In this document: one piece after another, positions 30,695-41,200 of the stretch
How positions within the stretch are numbered: the stretch's first letter is position 1
How the letters are laid out: every line of letters starts with the position of its first letter
Assembly: GCF_037782385.1 (NCBI RefSeq)
Contig: NZ_JBBEXD010000003.1
Coordinates: 230,520 to 294,519, forward strand
Reading direction: 5' to 3'
Source of the DNA: Ascidiimonas meishanensis
GTDB taxonomy: Bacteria > Bacteroidota > Bacteroidia > Flavobacteriales > Flavobacteriaceae
Length of the DNA: 64,000 nucleotides
The notes under the pieces: model-generated
Told to the model about the DNA's origin: nothing
What the model saw: the letters and a program-made list of their open reading frames with translations, nothing else
Database searches by the model: none
Position numbers and translations under genes: made by a program

Positions 30695-31279
30695 TTGCTT
30701 ATGGATGCTTGGTTTTCAGGATTGGAGATTTTTGAAAAAATTTACTGGACAATTGCCGTTGCAGGTTCAGCGGTATTTATACTTATGATGCTACTCACCT
30801 TTTTAGGTGGTGGAGATGTAGGAGATAGCGGAGACGTAGATGCTGAGATTGATGGAGATAGTGGAATTGGTTTTCAATTTATAACAGTTAAAAACCTTAT
30901 AGGCTTTTTTACTATTTTTGGATGGAGTGGGATAGCTTGTATAGATGCAGGACTTTCAAAAACCAGTACCGTATTAATATCTTCAATTTGTGGACTTATT
31001 ATGATGGCTCTTATGGGAGCCATGTTTTACTATATGAGCAAACTTACCGCGAGTGGTACTCTTAATTATAAAAATGCTATCAATGCAGTAGGAGAAGTAT
31101 ACCTAACAATTGGAGCTGATCGCTCTAAAATAGGGAAAGCCCACGTACGTATACAAGGCTCGTTAAGAGAACTTGAAGCTTTAACAGATGCAAATAAAGA
31201 TCTTATATCCGGTTCCGTTATTAAAGTAAAAGATGTTACAGAAAACGGAATCCTTATTGTAGAACCCTTAAATAAATAA
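30695..31279 (+). CDS. NfeD-like membrane protein (flotillin partner, C-terminal OB-fold)
   Basis: TM helices plus a C-terminal beta domain (KAHVRIQGSLRELEA...IKVKDVTENGILIVEPL). Immediately upstream of a flotillin gene. Confidence 0.7.
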   Translation: MLMDAWFSGLEIFEKIYWTIAVAGSAVFILMMLLTFLGGGDVGDSGDVDAEIDGDSGIGFQFITVKNLIGFFTIFGWSGIACIDAGLSKTSTVLISSICGLIMMALMGAMFYYMSKLTASGTLNYKNAINAVGEVYLTIGADRSKIGKAHVRIQGSLRELEALTDANKDLISGSVIKVKDVTENGILIVEPLNK

Positions 31280-31285
31280 TTAAAT

Positions 31286-32716
31286 ATGCTCAAATTTTTC
31301 TCTTTTCAGGTAGGTGCATTTGGCTCTTCTTTAGCTATTATCTTTGCCATTCTATTTGTTTTTGTCTTTATAGTGATACTGCTGAGGCGCTATAAACGTT
31401 GTCCCTCAGATCGTATTCTTGTTGTGTACGGAAAAGTATCAGGCGGGGAGTCCGCCAAATGTATTCATGGTGGCGCTGCATTTATACTACCTGTTTTTCA
31501 AGATTATGAATACCTAGACTTAACACCCATTTCCATTGAAGTAAATCTACAAAATGCACTTAGTAAGCAAAATATTCGTGTGAATGTACCTTCCAGATTT
31601 ACCATAGGAATCTCTACAGAGCCAGGGGTGATGCAGAATGCTGCAGAACGTCTCTTAGGCATGGGACTTCCTGATGTACAAGATTTGGCGAAAGAAATTA
31701 TTTTTGGGCAATTGCGTCTGGTAGTTGCTTCTATGGATATTGAAGAAATTAACTCAGATCGGGATAAATTTTTAAACAATATTTCTCATAGTGTTGAAAC
31801 TGAATTAAAGAAAGTGGGTCTTAAACTCATCAATGTTAATATTACAGATATTCATGATGAATCAGGATATATAGAAGCCTTAGGTAAGGAAGCGGCAGCA
31901 CATGCAATTAATGAAGCTAGAAAATCAGTAGCTGAAAAAAATAGAGATGGTTCTATTGGTGAGGCTAATGCTGTACAGGATCAAAGAACCAAGGTAGCTG
32001 CGGCAGAAGCACAGGCTGTGGAAGGAGAAAATATTGCTAAAATTGATGAGGCAAACTCTAATTCATTAAGAAGACAGCGTGAAGCGGAAGCAGAACGAAC
32101 TGCTATTGCTTCGGAGAAAGTGCAATCTGCCAAAGCATTAGAGGAAGCTTATGCAGCAGAGCAGGAAGCAGAAAAAGCAAGAGCAGAACGTGTGCGTGCT
32201 TTCCAGATAGCAGATATTGTAGTACCTGCCGAAATTGATAAACGCAAAGTAGAAATTGATGCTGAAGCGGAGGCTGAAAAAATAAGAAGACAAGCGAAGG
32301 GTGAAGCAGATGCAATTTTATTTAAGGCTCAGGCAGAAGCCCAAGGTCTTTATGAAGTATTAACCAAGCAAGCCCAAGGTTTAGATCAGATTGTGAAAGC
32401 CGCTGGGAACAATTCAAAAGATGCAGTTTTATTATTAATCGCAGACAAATTGCCAGAACTAGTAAAAACGCAGGCAGAGGCAATTAAAAATATTAAAATT
32501 GATAAAGTGACTGTTTGGGATGGAGGAGAAGGCAAAGATGGAAAAACATCTACTGCTAACTTTGTATCCGGATTGTACAAATCGGTACCACCATTGCAAG
32601 AAATGTTCAATATGGCAGGGATGAATCTACCAGAGTATTTAAAAGGTAAAGATTTGGATGCCGAAGTTTCCGAGGATGCATCAGACCAACAAGAAACTGA
32701 TTCAGATAACAAATAA
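31286..32716 (+). CDS. Flotillin/SPFH (band-7) family protein, YqiK-like
   Basis: N-terminal TM, SPFH domain, then a long Ala/Glu-rich coiled coil (AEAEAEKIRRQAKGEADA...). Confidence 0.85.
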   Translation: MLKFFSFQVGAFGSSLAIIFAILFVFVFIVILLRRYKRCPSDRILVVYGKVSGGESAKCIHGGAAFILPVFQDYEYLDLTPISIEVNLQNALSKQNIRVNVPSRFTIGISTEPGVMQNAAERLLGMGLPDVQDLAKEIIFGQLRLVVASMDIEEINSDRDKFLNNISHSVETELKKVGLKLINVNITDIHDESGYIEALGKEAAAHAINEARKSVAEKNRDGSIGEANAVQDQRTKVAAAEAQAVEGENIAKIDEANSNSLRRQREAEAERTAIASEKVQSAKALEEAYAAEQEAEKARAERVRAFQIADIVVPAEIDKRKVEIDAEAEAEKIRRQAKGEADAILFKAQAEAQGLYEVLTKQAQGLDQIVKAAGNNSKDAVLLLIADKLPELVKTQAEAIKNIKIDKVTVWDGGEGKDGKTSTANFVSGLYKSVPPLQEMFNMAGMNLPEYLKGKDLDAEVSEDASDQQETDSDNK

Positions 32717-32718
32717 TA

Positions 32719-32750
32719 AAAAATTCCGCTGTTAAAGCGGAATTTTTTTA
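32719..32750 (+). terminator. Rho-independent terminator after the flotillin gene
   Basis: aaaaattccgc-tgttaaa-gcggaattttttta. Confidence 0.75.
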
Positions 32751-32764
32751 AGTAGGTTTATAAG

Positions 32765-33916
32765 GTGAACCAAAATGCTTTTCCTATTTTTGAAAGATCA
32801 ATAAAGCAAATAATGAGTGAAATACGACACAACTGGAGCAAAGAAGAAATTCTCGATATTTATAATAAACCGATGATGGAACTGCTTTACGAAGCGGCTA
32901 CGGTTCATAGAAAATATCATGACCCTAACACAGTACAAGTCTCCACATTACTCAGTATTAAAACTGGAGGCTGTCCAGAAGATTGTGGATATTGTCCGCA
33001 AGCAGCAAGATATCATACTGATATTGAGGGCAATGATTTAATGTCTGTAAAACATGTAAAAGCGCAGGCATTACGTGCAAAAGCTTCGGGTTCTTCCAGA
33101 GTTTGTATGGGAGCTGCTTGGCGAAATGTAAAAGATGGAGAAGAATTTGATCAGGTATTGGAAATGGTTAGAACCATTAATAAACTTGAGATGGAAGTTT
33201 GTTGTACCCTCGGTATGATCACAGAGAATCAGGCACAACGTCTTGCAGAAGCCGGTTTATATGCGTACAATCACAATTTAGACACTTCAGAAGAATATTA
33301 TAAAGAAGTAATCTCCACCCGTGGTTATGAAGATAGGTTGGAAACCATTAATAATGTACGCAAAACTAATGTAACAGTTTGTAGCGGTGGTATTATTGGT
33401 ATGGGAGAAAAGATAGAAGACAGGGCGGGGATGTTAGTTGCTTTATCTACTTTAGATCCGCAACCAGAATCAGTTCCTATTAATGCATTAGTGGCAGTAG
33501 ATGGAACTCCAATGGAAAATGAAACTCCTGTAGAAATTTGGGAAATGATTCGCATGGTAGCTACCACAAGAATTGTGATTCCTCAAACACAAGTGCGCCT
33601 TTCGGCTGGTCGTACTCAAATGAGTCGTGAAGGTCAGGCAATGTGCTTTTTTGCAGGCGCAAATTCAATTTTTGCCGGGGATAAATTGTTAACTACTCCA
33701 AATCCAGATGTGAATGAAGACATGGAAATGTTTAAAATGTTGGGCTTAAATCCACAAAAACCATTTGTTAAAAAAGCACAACCTGAAACTGTAGAAGCCA
33801 GTGATTCTAACTTGAAATCACTAGGTGAAAAACCTAAATGGACGCGTCCTGGTCATGCAATTGAGCGTAATGAAGATGCTAAGCAAAAATCAAAAGTTTT
33901 AAATACCTCAGAATAA
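32765..33916 (+). CDS. bioB: Biotin synthase (radical SAM)
   Basis: CPEDCGYCPQ radical-SAM cysteine motif and C-terminal YNHNLDTS... blocks. The real start may be Met17 (32813). Confidence 0.9.
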   Translation: MNQNAFPIFERSIKQIMSEIRHNWSKEEILDIYNKPMMELLYEAATVHRKYHDPNTVQVSTLLSIKTGGCPEDCGYCPQAARYHTDIEGNDLMSVKHVKAQALRAKASGSSRVCMGAAWRNVKDGEEFDQVLEMVRTINKLEMEVCCTLGMITENQAQRLAEAGLYAYNHNLDTSEEYYKEVISTRGYEDRLETINNVRKTNVTVCSGGIIGMGEKIEDRAGMLVALSTLDPQPESVPINALVAVDGTPMENETPVEIWEMIRMVATTRIVIPQTQVRLSAGRTQMSREGQAMCFFAGANSIFAGDKLLTTPNPDVNEDMEMFKMLGLNPQKPFVKKAQPETVEASDSNLKSLGEKPKWTRPGHAIERNEDAKQKSKVLNTSE

Positions 33917-33999
33917 TTTTTTAGCATACTAAAACGCACCAAATAATTATTGAAAATCCTTTTTTTAACTTTAATAACTTTTAAGGTTTAAAGTAGCCT

Positions 34000-34869
34000 A
34001 TGAATTTAAAGGAAATACCAAGGGTAAAAAACATATCTAAAAAAGAATTTAAAGAACGCTATGTAAAGTTGCAGAAGCCTCTGGTTATTGAGGGGCTTAC
34101 TTCAGATTGGGAAGCTTACAGCAAATGGGATTTAGATTATATAGCTAAAATTGCTGGAGATAAAACAGTACCCCTTTATGATGATCGTCCTGTTGATTAT
34201 AAAGATGGATTCAATGAACCGCATGCCCGTATGAAAATGCGTGATTATATTGAATTGCTTAAAACGCAACCTACTCAATATCGTATATTCTTATATAATC
34301 TTATGCAAGAAGTGCCGGCATTAGCAAATGATTTTAGGTGGCCAGATATAGGAATAAGACTGGTAAAACAATTACCAATGCTTTTTTTTGGAGGTGAAGA
34401 CAGCAAAGTATTCATGCATTTTGATATAGATTACTCAAACATCCTTCACTTTCATTTTCATGGAAAGAAACAATGTATCATTTTAGACCCAGCTCAATCT
34501 AAATATCTTTACAAGGTGCCACATTCATTAATTTCTCGTGAAGATATAGATTTTGATAACCCAGATTATACGAAATGGCCAGCTTTAAAGAAAGCCAATG
34601 GTTATATAGCTAATTTAAATCATGGAGAAGCTCTTTATATGCCAGAGGGATATTGGCACTATATGAAATATATTACTCCGGGATTTTCAATGAGTTTGCG
34701 TTCTTTTCCTAAAAAACCAGGTAACCTAATGAAGGCAGCCTACAATGTTTTTGTGATGCGTAATTATGACAACTTGATGCGCAAATGGAAAGGACAACAG
34801 TGGATAGATTACAAAAATCAACAAGCTATTGTAAATACGCATAAAGAGTTAGGTATTAGTGGGAAGTAA
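34000..34869 (+). CDS. Cupin-like/JmjC-domain protein
   Basis: HFDIDYSNILHFHFHGKK...YMPEGYWHYM shows the His/Asp...His pattern of JmjC cupins. Confidence 0.65.
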   Translation: MNLKEIPRVKNISKKEFKERYVKLQKPLVIEGLTSDWEAYSKWDLDYIAKIAGDKTVPLYDDRPVDYKDGFNEPHARMKMRDYIELLKTQPTQYRIFLYNLMQEVPALANDFRWPDIGIRLVKQLPMLFFGGEDSKVFMHFDIDYSNILHFHFHGKKQCIILDPAQSKYLYKVPHSLISREDIDFDNPDYTKWPALKKANGYIANLNHGEALYMPEGYWHYMKYITPGFSMSLRSFPKKPGNLMKAAYNVFVMRNYDNLMRKWKGQQWIDYKNQQAIVNTHKELGISGK

Positions 34870-35332
34870 ATTGGTTTACTTTATCATAAACTAAATTTAA
34901 TTCCCATCCCCGGTATATAAGGTAGTTTGCTAACTTTTTCTTTTTAATAAGGAGGTTAGAATCTGATAATTGATTCCATTTCTTCATACTTATAGAGTCT
35001 AAGGTATTTACATATTCTTCTGCATCAATTTCCGTAAGTGCTGCTGAAATATTAAATCTGGAAATCTCACGTTGTTTCAATTCTCTAACAATGCGATGTT
35101 TCCCCCATTTTTTGATTCTGAATTTACCTCTCGCATAGCTTCTGGCAAATCGCTCTTCATTGAGAAAATTATGTTGAATAAGATGATTGATAATATGATC
35201 TACTGCTTGAGGAATCATTTTCATCTCCTTAAGTTTAGTAGTAACTTCCTTATGACATCGATCTTGATAGGCACAAAAAGCTTCCATTTTAGCCGTAGCC
35301 TCCAAAATCGTATATGAAATAGATTTTTTCAT
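34856..35332 (-). CDS. recX: Regulatory protein RecX-like
   Basis: 158 aa, all-helical, with repeated three-helix RecX-like modules (...RFARSYARGKF...KKKLANYLIYRGWE). Confidence 0.65.
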   Translation of the reverse strand: MKKSISYTILEATAKMEAFCAYQDRCHKEVTTKLKEMKMIPQAVDHIINHLIQHNFLNEERFARSYARGKFRIKKWGKHRIVRELKQREISRFNISAALTEIDAEEYVNTLDSISMKKWNQLSDSNLLIKKKKLANYLIYRGWELNLVYDKVNQFTSH

Positions 35333-35343
35333 TCAGGCAAAAA

Positions 35344-35377
35344 TAAAAAAGGCGCTCGTAAATACGAACGCCTTTTT
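35344..35377 (-). terminator. Rho-independent terminator downstream of the rne/rng gene
   Basis: Minus strand reads gaaaaaggcgttcgtatttacgagcgccttttttatttt. Confidence 0.65.
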
Positions 35378-36931
35378 CTAGTTTATTCGGGTACCACTTT
35401 TGTTTTTAAAGTGATATTCAAGGTACGTGTAAGCATCTCTTGGTAATATTTTTACCCATTTTTTATGTTCTAAGAACCACTTAGAACGGATGGATGGAAA
35501 TCCTTTGGTTAGGTATGCGGCGACAAATGGATGTGCGTTAAGGACAATTCCATCCTTTGCACCTTCTTTGTCTTTTAAAATCTTTTCAAGATCGGCAGTT
35601 ATTCTATCGATAACGAGAATAGGAGCATCAATTTCTCCTTCTCTGCTTGCGCTGGGATCTTCCTCACGCGTTTTGATATTTCTTTCTGGCCGAACTCTTT
35701 GTCTTGTTATTTGAATAAGACCGAATTTACTAGGAGGCAGAATTTTGTGTTTTGCTCTGTCTTCTTTCATCTCAGCTCTGAGATGGTCATAAAGTTTTCT
35801 TCGGTTCTCACTGGTATTCATATCAATGAAATCTATGACAATGATTCCACCCATATCTCTTAATCTGAGTTGTCTTGCAATTTCTGATGCTGCAATCAGA
35901 TTAACTTCCAGCGCTGTTCCTTCTTGCGTTTTCGCTTTGTTAGAACGGTTGCCACTATTAACGTCAATTACATGAAGTGCTTCTGTGTGTTCTATAATTA
36001 AATAGGCACCTTTACTCATGCTGACCGTTTTTCCAAACGATGTTTTAATTTGTCTTTCAATACCAAACTTCTCAAAAATTGGCACCGATGATGAATACTG
36101 TTTCACAATAGATTCTTTTTGTGGTGCAATTTCCTGCACATAATCTTTAATTTGATAATAAAGCGTTTCATCATCCACATTTATTCCTGTAAAGGAATCA
36201 TTAAAAACATCTCTCAAAATTGAAGCGGCTCTGTTGAGTTCGCTTAATACTTTTGATGGATACGCTGCTTTGTGGATTTTTTTACACATTGCTGTCCAGC
36301 GGCTAAGTAAGTTTTCTAAATCTTTGTCTAGCTCTGCGACTTTTTTACCTTCTGCTACGGTTCGTATAATAACACCAAATCCTTTAGGCCTAATACTTTT
36401 AACAAGTCTTTTAAGGCGTTCTTTTTCTTCTTTAGACTCAATTTTTTGCGAAACTGAGATACGGTCTGAAAAAGGTACCAATACCAGATAACGTCCAGCT
36501 ATGGAAAGCTCAGAACTAATTCTGGGACCTTTGGTGGAAATAGGTTCTTTAACGATTTGTACTAATATAGACTGATTGGATTTTAACGCATTGGTAATTA
36601 CACCATCCTTGTCTATATCGTCTTCAAATGGGAAGTCTTTTAAAGAATAATCTTTTAATTTACCTGTGCTTACACGTTTAACGAATTTTAATAAAGTGGG
36701 AAGTTTGGGTCCAAGATCATGATAATGCAAAAAAGCATCTTTTTCATAACCTACATTAACAAATGCAGCATTTAAGCCTGGAACCGGTTTTCTGATTTTC
36801 GCCAGCATTATATCGCCAACGGAAAAATCATTATCATCCTGTTCTTTATGTAATTCAACTAGTTTTCCATCCCTCAGTAAGGCAAAATCGACGTCAGAGG
36901 AACCAGATCGTACAATCAGTTCTTTATTCAC
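35378..36931 (-). CDS. rng: Rne/Rng-family ribonuclease (RNase G-like)
   Basis: S1 domain at the N-terminus, then an RNase E/G catalytic core (DVNSGN..., Asp-rich Mg site). 517 aa. Confidence 0.88.
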   Translation of the reverse strand: MNKELIVRSGSSDVDFALLRDGKLVELHKEQDDNDFSVGDIMLAKIRKPVPGLNAAFVNVGYEKDAFLHYHDLGPKLPTLLKFVKRVSTGKLKDYSLKDFPFEDDIDKDGVITNALKSNQSILVQIVKEPISTKGPRISSELSIAGRYLVLVPFSDRISVSQKIESKEEKERLKRLVKSIRPKGFGVIIRTVAEGKKVAELDKDLENLLSRWTAMCKKIHKAAYPSKVLSELNRAASILRDVFNDSFTGINVDDETLYYQIKDYVQEIAPQKESIVKQYSSSVPIFEKFGIERQIKTSFGKTVSMSKGAYLIIEHTEALHVIDVNSGNRSNKAKTQEGTALEVNLIAASEIARQLRLRDMGGIIVIDFIDMNTSENRRKLYDHLRAEMKEDRAKHKILPPSKFGLIQITRQRVRPERNIKTREEDPSASREGEIDAPILVIDRITADLEKILKDKEGAKDGIVLNAHPFVAAYLTKGFPSIRSKWFLEHKKWVKILPRDAYTYLEYHFKNKSGTRIN

Positions 36932-37086
36932 TCTGAATCAAATTTGTATCGATACCGTAATAACGGTAAAGATGGATTAAACAATTATTTTTCACAGGTT
37001 TTTATACCCGGCGAAACCCCTCATTAATTGGGAGGTTTCTATTTCAAGGAACGATTTTTTTAAAATAGAAAAAGTAGTTAAGCTAA

Positions 37087-37176
37087 CTACTTTTTCTTAT
37101 GACGGTTAGCTCTTCGTCTCTTTTTACGCTTGTGCGTAGCTACCTTATGTCTTTTTCTCTTTTTACCACTTGGCAT
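37087..37176 (-). CDS. 29-aa extremely basic micro-protein MPSGKKRKRHKVATHKRKKRRRANRHKKK (bS22/AURKAIP1-like putative ribosomal protein)
   Basis: Translated by hand from the minus strand, between rng and the HU gene; not in the ORF track. The composition and KKR..H..HKRKK pattern resemble mycobacterial bS22. Confidence 0.45.
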   Translation of the reverse strand: MPSGKKRKRHKVATHKRKKRRRANRHKKK

Positions 37177-37199
37177 ATTAAAATCTTTAGATTAATTAA

Positions 37200-37490
37200 T
37201 TATTTTACCTCAACGCTGCTCTTCACACCTTCAACAAAAACTTTGGCAGGCTTAAATGCTGGAATATTGTGCGCAGGAATTTTAATGGTTGTGTTCTTAG
37301 ATATATTACGTCCTGTTTTTTCTGCTCTAGTCTTAATTATAAAGCTGCCAAAACCACGCAAGTAAACGTTATCTCCACTCTCTAATGAATTTTTCACTTC
37401 ATCCATAAAGGATTCTACAGTTGCCTGTACATCTCCTTTTTCCATACCTAGTTTCTCGGAAATTTTAGCTACGATATCTGCTTTCGTCAT
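37200..37490 (-). CDS. hup: HU-family DNA-binding protein
   Basis: 96 aa. Motifs MTKADIVAKISEK...GFGSF...R..RNISK are typical of HU/IHF. Confidence 0.9.
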   Translation of the reverse strand: MTKADIVAKISEKLGMEKGDVQATVESFMDEVKNSLESGDNVYLRGFGSFIIKTRAEKTGRNISKNTTIKIPAHNIPAFKPAKVFVEGVKSSVEVK

Positions 37491-37624
37491 TTTTAATTTT
37501 AGTTTGTTATATTATGTTATCTTTTAAGGGGTTGCAAATATATAAATTTATTGTCCAAAATATATATCCTAAATGATTAAAATTTAACTACATAAACATT
37601 TACTTTTGAAATTTACTTACAAAT

Positions 37625-38662
37625 ATGATTTTCAGCAAAGTAATCATCTCTTGGTACGCTATTCATAAACGAGATCTTCCCTGGAGAAAAACTAAAGATC
37701 CTTATTATATATGGCTTTCAGAAATCATGTTGCAACAGACAAGAGTTGCACAGGGGCTTCCCTACTATCTTAAGTTTGTAGAAAGGTATCCAACGGTATT
37801 TGATTTAGCAAATGCACCTGAAGATGAAGTACTTAAGCTTTGGCAGGGACTTGGGTATTATTCCAGAGCCCGAAATTTACATTATACCGCTAAAGATATA
37901 GTTACAAGATATAAAGGTGTTTTTCCAGATAATTATCATGAACTTTTACAATTAAAAGGAGTAGGTGACTACACAGCTAGTGCTATTGCATCTATTTGTT
38001 TTAATGAAGCAACTCCTGTAGTTGATGGCAATGTTTATAGGGTATTAGCCCGTTATTTTGGAATAGAATTACCTATTAATTCCACAGAAGGAGTTAAGTA
38101 TTTTAAAGAGCTGGCTCAAAAATATATAGAATTTAAAGAACCGGGTACTTATAACCAGGCAATTATGGAATTTGGTGCTAACCAATGCAAGCCTCAAAGC
38201 CCTAATTGTGTCATTTGTCCATTAAATGAAAATTGCGTAGCATTAGCTTCTGGAATGATTAAAAAACTTCCGGTAAAAATTAAGAAGCTAAAAGTAAAAA
38301 AACGGTATTTTAATTATTTATTGATACACGATGGTGATTCTACATTAATTCAACAAAGGTTGTCCAAAGATATTTGGCAGCACCTATATGAGTTACCATT
38401 AATAGAATCGGATAATGAACTTGAAAAAGAAGTAATTAGAGAGCACCCAAGTTTACGTACCTTTACTAAAGGAAAAGCATTTCAACTTGATTTGTACAAT
38501 CAAAAATCTCTGGTTCATAAACTATCACACCAACATATTTATACTCGTTTTTGGATCGTGGCACTGGAAGAATCTTTAGACGACGGGATTGCACTTGATA
38601 GTTTAAAAGACTATGCAGTACCCGTTTTAATTGCTAATTTTGTTGAAGAATACAGTTTCTAA
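37625..38662 (+). CDS. mutY: A/G-specific adenine DNA glycosylase
   Basis: HhH-GPD domain, a 4Fe-4S cysteine cluster (CKPQSPNCVICPLNENC) and a C-terminal NUDIX-like domain. Confidence 0.9.
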   Translation: MIFSKVIISWYAIHKRDLPWRKTKDPYYIWLSEIMLQQTRVAQGLPYYLKFVERYPTVFDLANAPEDEVLKLWQGLGYYSRARNLHYTAKDIVTRYKGVFPDNYHELLQLKGVGDYTASAIASICFNEATPVVDGNVYRVLARYFGIELPINSTEGVKYFKELAQKYIEFKEPGTYNQAIMEFGANQCKPQSPNCVICPLNENCVALASGMIKKLPVKIKKLKVKKRYFNYLLIHDGDSTLIQQRLSKDIWQHLYELPLIESDNELEKEVIREHPSLRTFTKGKAFQLDLYNQKSLVHKLSHQHIYTRFWIVALEESLDDGIALDSLKDYAVPVLIANFVEEYSF

Positions 38663-38711
38663 AGTGTACAAATTTTAGTACATTTGATATAAACCTCTTT
38701 ATAATCTATTC

Positions 38712-39164
38712 ATGAGCGGAACATTAAATAAGGTAATGCTTATAGGGCATTTGGGAGATGATGTAAAAATGCATTATTTTGAAGGTGGAAATTCAATTGG
38801 CAGATTTCCCTTGGCAACCAATGAAAGTTATGTGAACAAACAGACAGGTGAACGTGTTACTAACACAGAATGGCATAACATTGTAGTAAGAAATAAAGCT
38901 GCTGAGATTTGTGAAAAATATTTAAATAAAGGAGATAAAATATATGTAGAAGGTAGACTAAAAACTAGACAGTGGCAAGGTGAAGATGGGAATACCAGAT
39001 ATAGTACCGAAATTCAGGTAACCGACTTTACATTTTTAACTACCAAAAGTGAAACCCAAAGTGGAGGGAATGCTTCTACTCCAAGTGCTGTTAAAAGTGC
39101 TAAACCTTTGGAATCCATTTCTTCCAAACCAACGCCGGAAGAGGATGATGATCTTCCTTTTTAA
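38712..39164 (+). CDS. ssb: Single-stranded DNA-binding protein
   Basis: OB-fold N-terminus and an acidic C-terminal tail DDDLPF. Confidence 0.92.
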   Translation: MSGTLNKVMLIGHLGDDVKMHYFEGGNSIGRFPLATNESYVNKQTGERVTNTEWHNIVVRNKAAEICEKYLNKGDKIYVEGRLKTRQWQGEDGNTRYSTEIQVTDFTFLTTKSETQSGGNASTPSAVKSAKPLESISSKPTPEEDDDLPF

Positions 39165-39191
39165 TAAAAGTATAACTAATTAGTTGAATCT

Positions 39192-40517
39192 TTGGATCCT
39201 GACCCTCCCAGTTTATTGATTTTATATTTTGTAAGCTTCAACACATCCTTACTTCTTAAAGTAATATGTCTTTTTATTTTATTAATCTGCTCTGCGCTTA
39301 TCTCTGGTGCGGAGGTAGCATTATTTTCATTAAACTCTTCGGATATTAATGATGATAATGGATATGCAAAATCAAAAAATGAAGCTATCTTAAGACTTTT
39401 AGAACGACCAAAAAAATTACTAGCAACTATTTTAGTCGCAAATAATTTTATTAATATTGGCATTGTTCTTTTATTTGCATCCTTTAGTGACGCTGTTTTT
39501 GGCGGGTTTTCATATTATATTTTTGACACCATAGAGCTCCGCTTTTTTCTTGAAGTAGGGGTGATCACTTTTTTAATATTACTTTTTGGAGAAATTTTAC
39601 CAAAAGTATATGCCAGTCGTAATAGTGTGAAATTTGCTCATTTTATGGCAGTTCCTTTGATAATTTTGGACAAGGTTTTTAGTCCGTTAAGTTTGCCAAT
39701 GAGAGCCGTAACAATTTTTTTACAGGAAAAACTGGGCAGAAAAAAATCTAATATCTCAGTAGATCAGCTTTCACAAGCCCTAGAGCTAACTTCAGCAGAT
39801 GACACTACTCGTGAGGAGAAGAAAATACTTCAAGGAATTGTTTCTTTTGGAAATACAGATACCAGACAAGTAATGCGACCGCGCATAGATATTTTTGCAT
39901 TGAATGAAGAAGCTGTTTTTAGTGAAGTGCTTCCCGAAATTATCAAAAACGGTTATTCCCGGATTCCTGTTTTTAAGGATAATATGGATCAGGTAACCGG
40001 TGTACTCTATGTTAAAGACTTACTCCCATATTTAGATAAGCAGAATTTTAACTGGGCAAAATTAATGAGGGCTCCATATTTTGTTCCAGAAAACAAAAAA
40101 CTGGACGATTTATTAAAAGAATTTCAGGAAATGAAAAATCATCTTGCTATTGTGGTAGATGAATATGGAGGTACTTCTGGGTTGGTTACTTTAGAAGATA
40201 TTATAGAAGAAATTGTAGGCGATATTAGTGATGAATTTGATGATGAGGGACTTATTTATTCAAAATTAGATGATTCTAATTATGTTTTTGAAGGAAAAAC
40301 GTCTCTTAGAGATTTTTACAGAGTAATCCGTTTAGAAGATGAAAGTGGTTTTGAAGAGCATAAGGGTGAATCTGAAACTATTGCAGGTTTTGTTTTGGAA
40401 ATAGCGGGAAACTTTCCAAAACCGGGAACTAAAATTATTTTTAATGAGTATGTTTTTAAAGTGGAGGTTCTAGATAAAAAGCGTATCAAACAAATTAAAG
40501 TAACTTTGCCTAAATGA
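39192..40517 (+). CDS. gldE: Gliding motility protein GldE (DUF21 + CBS pair + CorC_HlyC)
   Basis: Domain organisation, and its position after ssb and before gldD as in Flavobacterium johnsoniae. Confidence 0.85.
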   Translation: MDPDPPSLLILYFVSFNTSLLLKVICLFILLICSALISGAEVALFSLNSSDINDDNGYAKSKNEAILRLLERPKKLLATILVANNFINIGIVLLFASFSDAVFGGFSYYIFDTIELRFFLEVGVITFLILLFGEILPKVYASRNSVKFAHFMAVPLIILDKVFSPLSLPMRAVTIFLQEKLGRKKSNISVDQLSQALELTSADDTTREEKKILQGIVSFGNTDTRQVMRPRIDIFALNEEAVFSEVLPEIIKNGYSRIPVFKDNMDQVTGVLYVKDLLPYLDKQNFNWAKLMRAPYFVPENKKLDDLLKEFQEMKNHLAIVVDEYGGTSGLVTLEDIIEEIVGDISDEFDDEGLIYSKLDDSNYVFEGKTSLRDFYRVIRLEDESGFEEHKGESETIAGFVLEIAGNFPKPGTKIIFNEYVFKVEVLDKKRIKQIKVTLPK

Positions 40518-41077
40518 GAAATAACCTAATTTTAATGATAAGCATTTTTAGCTTTATTTTAATTTTTAGTTCCTGTGAAAGTCCGGTTCCAAAACCTAAT
40601 GCAATGCTGAGGTTACAATACCCCAAAGCAACTTATGAAAGTTTGCAAACCAATTGTCCATATAGTTTTAAGAAAAATAAGGAGGCTGTAATAAATGTTG
40701 ATAAAAGCTGCCAGCTGAAGATAGAATATCCTTTTATGAAAGCTACTTTACATCTTACGTATCGTAAAGTTTCAAATAATATGGATAGTCTCTTGATAGA
40801 TGCTCAAAAGCTTACCTATGAACATGTGATTAAAGCAGATGATATTACAGAACAACCTTTTTTAAACTCAAGTAATAAGGTTTATGGGATGCTTTATGAA
40901 ATAGGAGGTAATGCGGCGTCTCAATCTCAATTTTATGCTACAGATAGCACAAAGCATTTCCTTACAGGTGCGTTGTATTTTTATGCGAAACCTAATTATG
41001 ATTCTATATTACCGGCTGTAGATTACGTTAAAAACGATATGCGCGTTTTAATGGAATCTTTAAAATGGAAGAATTAA
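40514..41077 (+). CDS. gldD: Gliding motility lipoprotein GldD
   Basis: 187-aa lipoprotein (lipobox IFSSC). Overlaps gldE by 4 nt, as in the known gldE-gldD arrangement. Confidence 0.8.
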   Translation: MRNNLILMISIFSFILIFSSCESPVPKPNAMLRLQYPKATYESLQTNCPYSFKKNKEAVINVDKSCQLKIEYPFMKATLHLTYRKVSNNMDSLLIDAQKLTYEHVIKADDITEQPFLNSSNKVYGMLYEIGGNAASQSQFYATDSTKHFLTGALYFYAKPNYDSILPAVDYVKNDMRVLMESLKWKN

Positions 41078-41200
41078 TTTATACAGTGGAAAATAAAATT
41101 ACTTCTTGATATAATTTATCCATTGCTATTATTTTATAAAAATTATGGACTATTTTCTGATGCTTATATAGGGTAAAAAAATGGCTATATAATAAGATCT

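Noticed and set aside
37099-37365. 88-aa plus-strand ORF
   Set aside because: It overlaps and is antisense to both the HU gene and the bS22-like micro-ORF. Its hydrophobic low-complexity translation is a likely artefact.
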